Shown piece after piece: positions 36,795-47,041 of a stretch of DNA of 64,000 nt. Source of the DNA: a virus (lineage: Duplodnaviria > Caudoviricetes); the IMG/VR virus record IMGVR_UViG_3300035696_003004, positions 8,988 through 72,987 of that record; one strand, given 5' to 3'. Position numbers and translations under genes: made by a program. The stretch's first letter is position 1. The number at the start of each line of letters is the position of its first letter. The notes under the pieces were generated by a model that searched no databases, was not told the origin of the DNA, and saw nothing but the letters and a program-made list of their open reading frames with translations.

Positions 36795-39320
36795 ATGAAG
36801 CATCTATATGCTTTATGCGTGTTTATTTTTACTGCTAGCGCATCTGCTCAAGTTGCCGCAGCCAACGGATATTGCAACCTTGGTGGCGCGCAGTCTGTTA
36901 CGTCTGGATTGTCGTCGTCAAATTATTTGCAAGGAATAATTCCTAGTTGCTCAGTAACGGTATATTTGACGGGTACGACTACATTAGCGACGATCTATGC
37001 TGATTCAAATCTAACCATATTAAACAATCCCTTTACTGCGAATGCGGCGTCGTCAACCAATCCTGGATATTGGCTATTTTTCGCGGCAATTAATCAAGGA
37101 TACGATGTTGTGCTGAGTGGCGGCGTAAGCCCAAATATTTACCCATCGGCGGTTACGCTTACAGCTTTATATCCAGGAACGGATATTATTGCCGGCATCA
37201 CTCAATTGACAGGCGATGTGACAGCAGGGCCTGGAAATGGGGCCCAGGTGGCTACTGTAGTACGAGTAAATGGCGCTGCAATACCGACTTTAGCAACTGT
37301 GCTTGGCAGTAATAGCTCATCGCAATTAATTGCGGCAAGCACAACTGGTAGTGGCAACGTGGTTCTTTCCGCTAGTCCGACGCTTACTGGCACATTAACG
37401 GCGGCGGCAGCAAATTTATCGGGAGCGATCACTTTACAAAACTACACTGGTTATCTTTACTGTAACGGATCATCTTCCATTTGCAACGCATCGACTACAG
37501 TTCCATATTCTTCATTAAGCGGTACTGTTCCAACTTGGAATCAAAATACGACCGGAACAGCGGCAAACATTACTGCAACTTCAAACACAACACTTACTTC
37601 TCTTGTAAATCTTGCAACGGTAGGAACTATTACTACGGGAACATGGAATGGCACAGTTGTTAGTACTACTTTTGGCGGTACAGGTCAAAACTGGTCATCT
37701 TCTACAGGCATTCCTTCGTTGTCAAGTGGAACATTCTCATTATTAAGCACGACAGGCAGTGGCAGTGTAGTGTTAGCAAATGGCCCTACAATTGGATCAA
37801 TCTACATTACAGGTGTTGTAACTGTAGGTACTTTATCAGTTCAACCAGTCAGTTATTTCTACGGGCCTATTGATGCAACGGCTACTGGTGGAGCAACGTC
37901 CAGCTTAAATGCTAGTAGTCCAGTTTTAAGTTTTATTGGTTCTTACTACAATTCTTTATCAACAGATTCTGACGATACTTGGACCGTTAAAAACGTTGTT
38001 GGAACTGGAACTACTCCAACTTCTACATTTACTTTTGCTCATTTGGGATCTACCGGCACAGCAAGTATTTCCATGCATTATTCAATTAGCACGGGAGTAA
38101 TTACGGAAAGCGGATCAACAACCAATACGTTTAGTGGATCAGTAGCAGGAGTAGCTCTACTTTCCGCTATCAATAGTGGTAGTGCCGGAGTTGGCATAGT
38201 TGGATCAATAACGGGAGCAGGGGGAGTAGGTATACAAGGAAGCGCTACTAGTGGAACAGCAATATGGGGGAACGCCACTAGCGGTGAAGGAGTATATGGA
38301 TCAAGCACAACCAATTTAGGTGTACATGGTGGAAGTTTAAGTGGATCAGCAGGATATTTTGTTCAGGAAGGAACACTTACATCTTCTACTACAAATTCGA
38401 CTTTATATGTTTACAGAAATCAAACGTTAGGATCTTATACATCAACTGGAGCAATAATTAGCGCTAATGACGCTAGTGGTAGTGGCACTGATTTAATGGA
38501 TTTAGCGGTGTCGAGCAGTAATAAATTTAGCGTAAGTGCTTTAGGAGCAATTAGCACGGGAGTAATTACAGAAAGTGGAAGTGGCACAAACTTGTTTACA
38601 AATACTACAAGCACTGGCTATTCATTTGTTGCTAGTTTTTATCAACCAAATTTACCAACTTCATTACCAACATATATAAGCATCGGAGTAAATAGTGGAA
38701 CATATAATCAGTCAAATTTAGGATTTACTTATATAAATAATAATAGCACTGCTAATAATGGATGGGCTGGAGTGTCTAACGTCGATCATATAATTAATTG
38801 GTTTGGTACCGGCGATGTAACCATTGGCACCACTACAGATTCCGGCTATAAGTTGGAAGTAAACGGTAGCTTAGCATCTGGAGCAATTACAGAAAGCAGT
38901 ACATCAAGCAATACATTTATAAACACTTTATCTGCAAGTACCATCAATTCGGTTTTTAGTTGTCCCAACATTCCAACATCTAACGGAATTTGTTCATTAG
39001 CGCTTGGGCAAGCACATTCAAACTGGAATGAAATACTTATGTATTTTAATTTTAACGGAAGTGGAAGTACAACAAATTCCGGATCGTTGGGGCTTTATGG
39101 AAATAACAATATGATTAACTGGTTTGGTACTGGAGATGTAACGGTTGCTACATTTACGGATTCTGGATATAAGTTTCAAGTTGCTGGCACTACATCAGTA
39201 AATAGCGGCACAAATCAAGTTTATCGTTGTACAACAGCAAGCACGCTTCCCGTAGGCGCGCTTACGATAAATACTGCGAATTGCTCTGCGTCTACCGCGA
39301 CTGGCTTGTATGTACCTTAA
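36795..39320 (+). CDS. Long tail fibre/spike-like protein with N-terminal signal peptide
   Basis: MKHLYALCVFIFTASASA-Q signal; fibre anchor-like TVYLTGTTTLATIYAD..NPFTA; ITQLTGDVTA; internal repeats INWFGTGDVT x2 and TG(V)ITESG. Confidence 0.7.
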   Translation: MKHLYALCVFIFTASASAQVAAANGYCNLGGAQSVTSGLSSSNYLQGIIPSCSVTVYLTGTTTLATIYADSNLTILNNPFTANAASSTNPGYWLFFAAINQGYDVVLSGGVSPNIYPSAVTLTALYPGTDIIAGITQLTGDVTAGPGNGAQVATVVRVNGAAIPTLATVLGSNSSSQLIAASTTGSGNVVLSASPTLTGTLTAAAANLSGAITLQNYTGYLYCNGSSSICNASTTVPYSSLSGTVPTWNQNTTGTAANITATSNTTLTSLVNLATVGTITTGTWNGTVVSTTFGGTGQNWSSSTGIPSLSSGTFSLLSTTGSGSVVLANGPTIGSIYITGVVTVGTLSVQPVSYFYGPIDATATGGATSSLNASSPVLSFIGSYYNSLSTDSDDTWTVKNVVGTGTTPTSTFTFAHLGSTGTASISMHYSISTGVITESGSTTNTFSGSVAGVALLSAINSGSAGVGIVGSITGAGGVGIQGSATSGTAIWGNATSGEGVYGSSTTNLGVHGGSLSGSAGYFVQEGTLTSSTTNSTLYVYRNQTLGSYTSTGAIISANDASGSGTDLMDLAVSSSNKFSVSALGAISTGVITESGSGTNLFTNTTSTGYSFVASFYQPNLPTSLPTYISIGVNSGTYNQSNLGFTYINNNSTANNGWAGVSNVDHIINWFGTGDVTIGTTTDSGYKLEVNGSLASGAITESSTSSNTFINTLSASTINSVFSCPNIPTSNGICSLALGQAHSNWNEILMYFNFNGSGSTTNSGSLGLYGNNNMINWFGTGDVTVATFTDSGYKFQVAGTTSVNSGTNQVYRCTTASTLPVGALTINTANCSASTATGLYVP

Positions 39321-39354
39321 TCAACAAAACTACTAAAGCATTAAAAGGAGAAAA

Positions 39355-39723
39355 ATGGCATACCAATTGAGTAATTACAAAGATGAATTTGGTACAACAC
39401 ATTCTGCCGCATATTTGCGTATAACGGATGTGCAAATATTACATAGAAAACAGCAAGCAATTGTCTCTTTTGAAATATATGCCGATGCAGCCTCGGCAGA
39501 TGATGGATCGAGTTTGCCACTAAAAAGCGATGGTTATGTGTTCGCCGATAATAGTACAAGTGGCACCACGCTTTATACAAGTAGTTTTGTAACAACATTA
39601 GGAACTGATCCGCTAGGTACTCAACCGACGATTGTAAATAACATTATTCAGTGCCAATCATATTTAGCAATGAAAAACCATCCAAGCTTAACTAGTTTGC
39701 TAGCTGGAGCGACCGCCGTTTAA
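39355..39723 (+). CDS. Tail fibre-associated protein/chaperone
   Basis: AAGGAG SD; follows the fibre gene. Confidence 0.55.
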   Translation: MAYQLSNYKDEFGTTHSAAYLRITDVQILHRKQQAIVSFEIYADAASADDGSSLPLKSDGYVFADNSTSGTTLYTSSFVTTLGTDPLGTQPTIVNNIIQCQSYLAMKNHPSLTSLLAGATAV

Positions 39724-39775
39724 CAATATAAACATTAATTGTTAGCGTAAAAATTTAGTAATTTGGTAGCAAAAA

Positions 39776-40033
39776 ATGGATTGCAAAATGAGCCAATTCG
39801 AGCAGGAAATGCTAGATGGAATTACTGAAGTTAAAGTAGGAATGGCGGATCTTCGCGCCAAAATGAACATGTTAGTTGGAGTTGAAGGTACTAACGGAAG
39901 ACTAAGTGAAATTATTACTGACGTAAATTCGTTAAAAAAATCGCGGGATCAACAACGTGGTTTCATGGCTGCACTTAGTTTGATCGGGACTTGTATTGGT
40001 GGTGTATTGGAATGGTTTTTCAGTAGACGTTAA
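39776..40033 (+). CDS. Holin-like protein (coiled coil plus C-terminal TM)
   Basis: Hydrophobic C-terminal helix; immediately upstream of the endolysin. Confidence 0.55.
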   Translation: MDCKMSQFEQEMLDGITEVKVGMADLRAKMNMLVGVEGTNGRLSEIITDVNSLKKSRDQQRGFMAALSLIGTCIGGVLEWFFSRR

Positions 40034-40037
40034 AACT

Positions 40038-40553
40038 ATGCATATTGATGTTAAAATCCGCGCTTTTCTCGATACCATTGCTTGGTCCGAAGGAACTAGC
40101 ACGCATTTACTAACCAAAAATAATGGTTACGACGTAATTGTATCTGGTGATGAAGCAGCCGGAGAAATTGGACTAGAAATCTTTACCACCTATGTAGACC
40201 ATCCATTTGCATTTGGTCGTCCTGCAAAAGTTATACGTTTAACGCCAACGAGGCTTACATCGACGGCAAGCGGTCGCTATCAGTTAGAACTTAAATGGTG
40301 GGAAGCTTATAAGTTGATGCTGCATTTAAGCGATTTTAGCACAGCTAGTCAAGATGCTGTAGCTGTTCGGCAAATACAAGAACGCAGCGCTTTAGCAAGC
40401 ATTGAGGACGGACAAATTGCTGAGGCAATCAATAATTGTTCGAACATTTGGGCAAGTTTTCCTGGCAATGATTATGTACAGCCGGGCGGTAAAAACTTAA
40501 CTGAATTGGTTGATCGTTACCAGCAATTTTTAAATACTACAACAACTACATAG
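40038..40553 (+). CDS. Endolysin, lambda R-like lytic transglycosylase (GH104)
   Basis: RAFLDTIAWSEGT (catalytic Glu), GYDVIV, STASGRYQ, DFS..SQD..A, IWASFPG. Confidence 0.92.
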   Translation: MHIDVKIRAFLDTIAWSEGTSTHLLTKNNGYDVIVSGDEAAGEIGLEIFTTYVDHPFAFGRPAKVIRLTPTRLTSTASGRYQLELKWWEAYKLMLHLSDFSTASQDAVAVRQIQERSALASIEDGQIAEAINNCSNIWASFPGNDYVQPGGKNLTELVDRYQQFLNTTTTT

Positions 40554-40571
40554 GAGTTCAAAGGAGAATGT

Positions 40572-40904
40572 ATGGCAACAATATTGTTTTGGATAACACT
40601 TACAGTTCCACCTGCGGCAAAGATTCTTACAATTGCTGTAATTGTGTATGGCGTGTTGCAGACATTAAAGCAATCACCGTTGATTGGACCGTATATTTCG
40701 GGTTGGGTCGCAATCGCTCTAAATGTGATTTTGAATGCGTTAGGTGCAATGGTGGCTATCCCTTCCGATCAACTTTACACGACCAATTCACTGCTTACGA
40801 TTCTGACAGCGGCACTTGGTTCTGCTGGTATCCATGGAACAGTGTCAACGTTGGCAAATTCATCTAAACCTGCTGCTGTGTCAGGAGTCAACGCAGCAAA
40901 GTGA
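40572..40904 (+). CDS. Holin-like membrane protein (3-4 TM)
   Basis: Multiple hydrophobic helices directly after the endolysin. Confidence 0.6.
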   Translation: MATILFWITLTVPPAAKILTIAVIVYGVLQTLKQSPLIGPYISGWVAIALNVILNALGAMVAIPSDQLYTTNSLLTILTAALGSAGIHGTVSTLANSSKPAAVSGVNAAK

Positions 40905-40910
40905 GGGCTT

Positions 40911-41105
40911 ATGCCCGCTCGCGAAATTATGAAAAAGTTCCGCAAAGGTCAGTTGCATTCAGGAAAGGGCGGAAAGATCGTACGAAATAAAAAACAAGCT
41001 AAAGCGATTCTTTTGTCGTATCTGCGTAAGGAAGGTCGAATTGGGCCTCGTAAACCGCTAGCAAAAAAGAGTCGGCATAGAAAAAGGATTGCCACCAAGA
41101 AATAA
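40911..41105 (+). CDS. Lys/Arg-rich small protein (DUF6496-like)
   Basis: IMKKFRKGQLHSGKGGKIVRNKKQAKAILLS pattern. Confidence 0.7.
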   Translation: MPAREIMKKFRKGQLHSGKGGKIVRNKKQAKAILLSYLRKEGRIGPRKPLAKKSRHRKRIATKK

Positions 41106-41131
41106 GTGGTGGATGATTGTATAGATATCGC

Positions 41132-41205
41132 GAGCGGCATGCCCCCCCTCCTTGGGGAAGAAGCAATGGCTCAAGACCGAAATGGCCTTGGGCCATTTTC
41201 ATTTT
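41132..41205 (+). promoter_or_regulatory. Conserved structured late leader/attenuator, copy D
   Basis: GAGCggCATGC-CCCC tcctt GGGG-AAGAAGC-AATGGCTCAAG...CTTGGGCCATT-TTCATTTT. Confidence 0.85.
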
Positions 41206-41225
41206 GGCCGAAAGGAGGAAAATTG

Positions 41226-41486
41226 GTGGCAAAACTAAGTTACAAAAAACGGCAAAAACTGCCGAGCAAAGCGTTTGCTATTAAAGGGCGGCGCTACCCG
41301 ATTAATGATCCTGCGCATGCAAAAAACGCGTTAGCACGAGTGTCACAACACGGATCTCCGCAAGAAAAAGCTGAAGTACGACGTAAGGTGCATGCCAAGT
41401 TTCCTGGAATTGCCGTTAGCGGCTTGAAAAAGGGAAAGACCAAAGCTAAAAAGAAAGGCCGCAAGCGCGTGGCTGGAAAGGGATGA
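41226..41486 (+). CDS. Lys/Arg-rich protein (DUF6582-like core)
   Basis: AAAGGAGG SD; KL..K.R.KLP..AFA...RRYPI.D.AHA.NALARV.Q. Confidence 0.75.
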   Translation: MAKLSYKKRQKLPSKAFAIKGRRYPINDPAHAKNALARVSQHGSPQEKAEVRRKVHAKFPGIAVSGLKKGKTKAKKKGRKRVAGKG

Positions 41487-41489
41487 GCG

Positions 41490-41744
41490 ATGGCAAAGCG
41501 TACAAGGGCTGCTGCATCTGGATTGGAACGGTTAAACATAGGCGTGGAGCGCGCTGAGAATGGCGCAATAGTGCGTGTGAGCGGTGAGGGCAAAGGAAAA
41601 AACGCTTCCTATACCAGCCGCACTTTTATTGCTCCAAACGGCCGTGCCGCGATGAGAATTGCCACTACGCATATTCAAGGCATTGGCAAAAAGATAAAGT
41701 CCGGTAAAGCAAAAGCGACAAAAGGCCGCGCGCGCAAAAGCTGA
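41490..41744 (+). CDS. Lys/Arg-rich small protein
   Basis: 84 aa, strongly basic termini. Confidence 0.65.
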   Translation: MAKRTRAAASGLERLNIGVERAENGAIVRVSGEGKGKNASYTSRTFIAPNGRAAMRIATTHIQGIGKKIKSGKAKATKGRARKS

Positions 41745-41753
41745 AGGTTTGTA

Positions 41754-43076
41754 ATGGCTGGATATTCCTGGCTTACGTATTCAACGGCGCGCCAACAGCT
41801 TGCAGCTCGTTTGGCGGACAGTGGAAATGTGTTTTGGACAGATGCAGAATGTGGACTTTACATTATCGACGCTTTGCGAATGTTTAATGTGCTTACGTTT
41901 ACTTGGAAGCAAGATTATGTTTTTTATGCTACAAACCTTTGGAATACGTTGGGAACTTTGACAAATTCGCCGCGGATACGAACAGTTACAGATACCAACT
42001 GCTACACCTTGATGGAATACATGCTGTTAGAACCGCCGACAGGGGGTACGTGGACTGGAACCTCGCAATTTACAATCAATCAATTTTCGACGGCGTTGCA
42101 GCATCGTAGGGATGAAATGCTGCAAATTTCCAATTGCAACCAATTGTTGCTGAGTTCGATTGCGCTGACACCAAATACCAGACGTACGTACTTGCCGGAC
42201 ACAATAATCGATGTTGCGCGCGTTCGGTATTTGCCTGTAACAGGGTCGCCGACGACACTTTATCGCGATGATACAGTTGCGCAAGAATTTTATGAAGCGC
42301 CACTTTACGAACTAGGCTCAGGAACGCCGCAGACCTATATGTTGACTTCAGAGCCGCCGCTTACTTGGGATGTCGATATTACTCCAAATCTGCCGGGCAA
42401 ATACGAAGCAATTGTGCTTGAGTCTGGTGCTGCATTTATTCCGCCCACAGCGACGCTTTTAAATATTCCAAACGACTTTTCATGGGTGCTGATTTGGGGT
42501 GCAATTGCAGATTTGTTGGGTATGGAAAGTGAGGCTACTGATCGGCAGCGAGCGTCGTATTGCTTGCGCAGATACCAGGATGGTTTGAATTTGTTGCTGA
42601 AAACACCTTGGATTATGTTGGCAAAGGTAAATGGAGCAGCAACGGATATACCGTCGATTGCGGCCATGGATCGGTATCAGCCGGAGTGGGATTCAACTCC
42701 CGCAACTTTTGGGCCCTGCGTGGTAGCAGGCGGAATCGATATGATCGCGGCTCCCCAAGGCTCAAGTATCGGAGTGACGGTGCTGGCCAATGCGCCGGTG
42801 CCGTCCTCTGATACCGATTACGTGCAAGTTTCACGATCAGATTGGGATATTGTTTTGGATTTGGCTCAAGTTTTTGCAGCATTTAAGCAAGGAGGAGCTG
42901 AGTTTCAATCGGCATTGGAATTGGAATCGAGAGCAATTCAGGCATGCGCTGTTGAAAATACACGTTTAAAAAGTATGGGCAGCTTTAGCGACATTTTGGC
43001 ACAACGCGGACAAGCACAGGATCGCAATCAGGAAAGATTTAATAATGCCAACCAAAAAACTAGCGGGACAAAATAG
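41754..43076 (+). CDS. Tail adaptor/tubular-like protein
   Basis: 440 aa preceding the large tail protein; synteny. Confidence 0.5.
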   Translation: MAGYSWLTYSTARQQLAARLADSGNVFWTDAECGLYIIDALRMFNVLTFTWKQDYVFYATNLWNTLGTLTNSPRIRTVTDTNCYTLMEYMLLEPPTGGTWTGTSQFTINQFSTALQHRRDEMLQISNCNQLLLSSIALTPNTRRTYLPDTIIDVARVRYLPVTGSPTTLYRDDTVAQEFYEAPLYELGSGTPQTYMLTSEPPLTWDVDITPNLPGKYEAIVLESGAAFIPPTATLLNIPNDFSWVLIWGAIADLLGMESEATDRQRASYCLRRYQDGLNLLLKTPWIMLAKVNGAATDIPSIAAMDRYQPEWDSTPATFGPCVVAGGIDMIAAPQGSSIGVTVLANAPVPSSDTDYVQVSRSDWDIVLDLAQVFAAFKQGGAEFQSALELESRAIQACAVENTRLKSMGSFSDILAQRGQAQDRNQERFNNANQKTSGTK

Positions 43077-43078
43077 AT

Positions 43079-46000
43079 ATGGCAAATCCGCAAAATTACG
43101 GTCGGGCAAACGATGGTATTCGGTTTAAGCCAGGTGGCATAAATACTGTCAAGGCTGTTGACCAAATTACACAGCCAGGGGAATACTCCTATCTCCAAAA
43201 TGTTCGCGGCTATCTACAGAATCGATTGATTGGCCGGACAACGCAATCGAGCGCTCTCGATACGTTGAGTGCCGTACCGCACACAATGCGTCGACTTAAC
43301 GATTCGACGCCTAGTGGCCCAACATCAGGTTATGCTCGAATCATTGGCGCGGCTGGATTAATGTATATAAATTCGACGAAAGTAGCGTCTGGATTAAGTG
43401 GCAATCCTGTATCCATGGTACCATTTCGGCCGAATGCATCCGTACAGCCTTGGATGTATATAGGCGATTCATCTACAGACGTTACAATCACAAGTTCGTC
43501 ATTTGTTTGCGATGGAATGCTTAAAATTCGGTCTGATGGCTTGACATATAAAACTGGAATTGCTGAACCACAAGTTGCGCCGGTAGTGAGCACAGGAAGT
43601 TATACGACAAATGGCACCGATGTATTACCGGCGACGGCGATGCCGTGGACCAACCGCGGAGGCACCAACGCCAACTGGAATTTTGGAGGCATTGAAACCG
43701 CAGCAAACACAAATCCCGTAGTAATCAATACGCCAATTGAAGGGTCAACGGTTACCTTAAGTGTAACGGGGACGGCAACGCTGATTAACGGTGTAAGTAA
43801 TGCGACACCAAGTACCTCCAGCTCAAGTTGGGTTACATCTGTTTATCCCGGGCACTATTTGAAATCGGGAGCTAGCAGTTGTTCAGTAGTTGTAGCTGCA
43901 TTTACAGACATAAATGGAAATGTAATTGCTGAAGCGTCTTCTTCGACAACGGGATACATCTACAACGTGGGTGCAGGGGTCGTTTTAACTGTTCCTGTCA
44001 ATGCGGTGCAGCTGCATGTAGGCATTAACTCGCAAGGCGGCACTTTTCATTCCAACAGCGGTAATTTTACTCTTACTTGGACTGTAGTAACACCGGCTAC
44101 GGCAACGGTTGTTTCGCTTTACAACACTGTTACTGCGTATTATTGGGGCGACTCTCCACACTCTGGATCGGTATCTTTGTACATTTGGAAAAATCCGGAA
44201 GATTCCGGATCGGGTACTTCGCGTACAAGTAGCACAGCAGCAGGATCATCAACTAATAACTCGCTAATTTTCGATTCAACGCCAAATACGTCATCTAATC
44301 CTGTTTTATGGACAACGCTCAATACAGATGGAACTGTGGAAGGAACAATAGATTTATTTGCAACCGCATTGGAATCTCAAGGGTTTCAAGACTTTAACGT
44401 TTGTATAGTGGGAAGTTTGTATATTCCAGTAGCTGGAACTTACGCATTCCAAATGGTCAATAAAGATCAAGTCATGTTTGGAATTGGCGGTGGCGCAACG
44501 ACTTCCTTGGGAACGGTTAAAGGACCAAGCGCTCAAACCGAAACGGTGATAAGTGCATTGCCCTTAATGGCAGTTAGCAGTCCAAATGGCGAAGGTGGTG
44601 CAGTTACTACATCATTTAACGTTACTTTTAGCGAACCCGGTACTTATAGTTGCGAAGCTGATTGGGATTATTGGTATCACAATGGACGAACAATGGTTAT
44701 CACTTGCGCGCCGACGCCAGGAGCAGCTGTTGCAACGATTCCACCGCTCTCTACAAATGTGCGAACCAATGTTTCGTATGAATATGTTTATCGGTCTTCA
44801 AAGACAGGCGCAGTATCGAACCCTTCGCCAGCCTCCACTATTCAAGATACGCCGGTACTGGCAAACACGGTCACATCTTTATATTCGTCTGATCCGCAGG
44901 TCGATAAGGTTGACTATTACAGAATGGATGCTACTTTAACAAGTTATACGTACATTGCTACCGGGCCAAATGACAATTTGGGCGTGACAAGCGGTTATAA
45001 CACACCGATTCAAGATACTGTTACAGATTCAGCGGCGGAAGATAATAGCACGATCAGTACGGATAATTTTGAACCATTTCCATCGATTGATACGCCCAAA
45101 AGCGGAGTAATTAATATTTCTGGCGGAACAATTACATGGGTAAGTGGTGACACGTTCAACACAAGTTGGTTGCCAGGAACAATTATTTTGATCGGATCTC
45201 CTACGCAATTAGGATATACATTATATTCGCGCCCGACTTCAACAACAACAATGTATCTGCCTGATGCACCTGACGGAACTAATCTTAATTACAACATTGC
45301 CGAACCGATATTGGCAGCCCGGCCGCTGCCATCGATGTGGGGACCGACCGATAACACTGCTTATATGTTTGCTTGCAATGATCCGTACCGGCCAGGGACG
45401 CTTTATTTTACAAAAGGAAACAATCCGGACTCGGCACCGGATACGAATCAAATCGAAGTCACGTCGCCTTCCGAGCCGTTAATGAACGGATGCATTGTAA
45501 ACGGCGTAGGAATGGTGTTTTCAACGGAACGTGCATGGATTATCGATCCGACCTATACCTCTGCGCTGGCCACAGTTAGCGGAGTGCAGGGAAGCGCTTT
45601 TAATTTGATTGAGTCAATCACCAATCGCGGCCTTTACATACGCAGTTGCCTTTGCACGGAAGCGGGAATGAATGTTTTTTTCCGCGCCAAAGACGGAATT
45701 TACGTTTCGCCAAAGGGTTCGGGGAGCCAATCGATTACCGATTCTCAGCTCTACAATCTTTTTCCTCATGAAGGCTCAACGCCGGCAGCAGTCACGATTG
45801 CCAGCTATACAATCTATCCGCCCAATGACTTATTACCAAATAAACAAACTTTGTCGTTTGCCAATGGATACTTGTATTACGACTATGAAGACACCAGTGG
45901 AAATCCGCGAACGCTGGTTTATGATGTCGTAGCCAAGGGCTGGATTGTCGATGTTTATGGAACTACGGTTACCTGTCATGCGCTTGAAGAAGGAGTTGAA

Positions 46001-47041
46001 GTCAACGATACGCTGGTAGGATGCACGGACAGTACTGTGCGCGATTTGGAAAGTGGAGGAACAGAGACGGCAACTTCCGTAGTGGCGACTGGCGCGGTAA
46101 ACACCGGAGATGCGCGAGCATTTAAAAGACTAGGCGATGTATTTCTGAAAGCGTTTGTGGCAACCAGTAATCCGGTTACGGTCTCGCTATATACAGATCG
46201 CTACCAAACAGCACTGACCGGCTTTAGCCCGACAAGTTTAACCGGAAACGGAACGATTCAGCCCTACATCATCGATTTTACTTCTGGCTATGCGAAAGAC
46301 GTGATTGATGTTGAAGCGGTTTTAAGTTGGCCAACAAACTCTACGACTTATATCGATCTTTGGCAACCGACATTTATTGCTCTACCGGAAGCGACACAAG
46401 ATAGGCCCACGGATTGGGGCGATTTGGGAAGTGTGGGATTGAATTTTGTGCAGGGATTGATTTTGGAGGCCGACACTTTCAATGCCGCAAAAGCAATTTC
46501 TGTCGAGGATGAGCTGGGAAATCTTCATGTTCCCAATGAATCGCCCTTTACTCTAAACGGTCAGCAAAAAATTCCATTGACATTTACGCCGCCATTTACG
46601 AGCCATATTGGAAGAGTGGTGTCTACGGATGGAGTTCGGTGGAAATTGTGGGGCATCAACTGGGTCAGTTTGCCGTATCCAGAATCGACGGTAGAATGGC
46701 AAACAGAAATGCTTTCGCATGGAATGAAGGGTTGGTTTCATGTGCGAATGATGAATCTTCCAATGATTTCAACAACGGCAGTTACACTAACGTTGGTATT
46801 TGACGCTTGGCCAACAATCACCTTAGCGGTACCAAGTACAAGTGGATCGTTTATAAAGCAAAAAGTTCAAATTCCAGCAAATAAGACCAAGTTGTTGAGC
46901 TATCGATTGAGTTCGACAGCTCCGTTTTATTTGTTTAAAAATGATGTAGAGGTTTGGATTGGGCAGTGGGGCCGAACGGAGGCATATACGGTTTTAAAGC
47001 CATTTGGTGGATCAGCAGGAAACGCAGGAGCGCAAGTCTAA
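43079..47041 (+). CDS. Large tail nozzle/stabilisation-type protein with inserted beta-rich (PA14-like) segment
   Basis: 1320 aa; beta-propeller-like C-terminal half (LYFTKGNNPD, VFFRAKDGIY, LVYDV..GW..D) as in podovirus nozzles. Confidence 0.6.
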   Translation: MANPQNYGRANDGIRFKPGGINTVKAVDQITQPGEYSYLQNVRGYLQNRLIGRTTQSSALDTLSAVPHTMRRLNDSTPSGPTSGYARIIGAAGLMYINSTKVASGLSGNPVSMVPFRPNASVQPWMYIGDSSTDVTITSSSFVCDGMLKIRSDGLTYKTGIAEPQVAPVVSTGSYTTNGTDVLPATAMPWTNRGGTNANWNFGGIETAANTNPVVINTPIEGSTVTLSVTGTATLINGVSNATPSTSSSSWVTSVYPGHYLKSGASSCSVVVAAFTDINGNVIAEASSSTTGYIYNVGAGVVLTVPVNAVQLHVGINSQGGTFHSNSGNFTLTWTVVTPATATVVSLYNTVTAYYWGDSPHSGSVSLYIWKNPEDSGSGTSRTSSTAAGSSTNNSLIFDSTPNTSSNPVLWTTLNTDGTVEGTIDLFATALESQGFQDFNVCIVGSLYIPVAGTYAFQMVNKDQVMFGIGGGATTSLGTVKGPSAQTETVISALPLMAVSSPNGEGGAVTTSFNVTFSEPGTYSCEADWDYWYHNGRTMVITCAPTPGAAVATIPPLSTNVRTNVSYEYVYRSSKTGAVSNPSPASTIQDTPVLANTVTSLYSSDPQVDKVDYYRMDATLTSYTYIATGPNDNLGVTSGYNTPIQDTVTDSAAEDNSTISTDNFEPFPSIDTPKSGVINISGGTITWVSGDTFNTSWLPGTIILIGSPTQLGYTLYSRPTSTTTMYLPDAPDGTNLNYNIAEPILAARPLPSMWGPTDNTAYMFACNDPYRPGTLYFTKGNNPDSAPDTNQIEVTSPSEPLMNGCIVNGVGMVFSTERAWIIDPTYTSALATVSGVQGSAFNLIESITNRGLYIRSCLCTEAGMNVFFRAKDGIYVSPKGSGSQSITDSQLYNLFPHEGSTPAAVTIASYTIYPPNDLLPNKQTLSFANGYLYYDYEDTSGNPRTLVYDVVAKGWIVDVYGTTVTCHALEEGVEVNDTLVGCTDSTVRDLESGGTETATSVVATGAVNTGDARAFKRLGDVFLKAFVATSNPVTVSLYTDRYQTALTGFSPTSLTGNGTIQPYIIDFTSGYAKDVIDVEAVLSWPTNSTTYIDLWQPTFIALPEATQDRPTDWGDLGSVGLNFVQGLILEADTFNAAKAISVEDELGNLHVPNESPFTLNGQQKIPLTFTPPFTSHIGRVVSTDGVRWKLWGINWVSLPYPESTVEWQTEMLSHGMKGWFHVRMMNLPMISTTAVTLTLVFDAWPTITLAVPSTSGSFIKQKVQIPANKTKLLSYRLSSTAPFYLFKNDVEVWIGQWGRTEAYTVLKPFGGSAGNAGAQV

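Noticed and set aside
38780-39190. Internal repeats in the long fibre as DGR template/variable repeats
   Set aside because: The repeats are in-frame protein repeats with non-adenine-specific differences, and there is no reverse transcriptase in the window.
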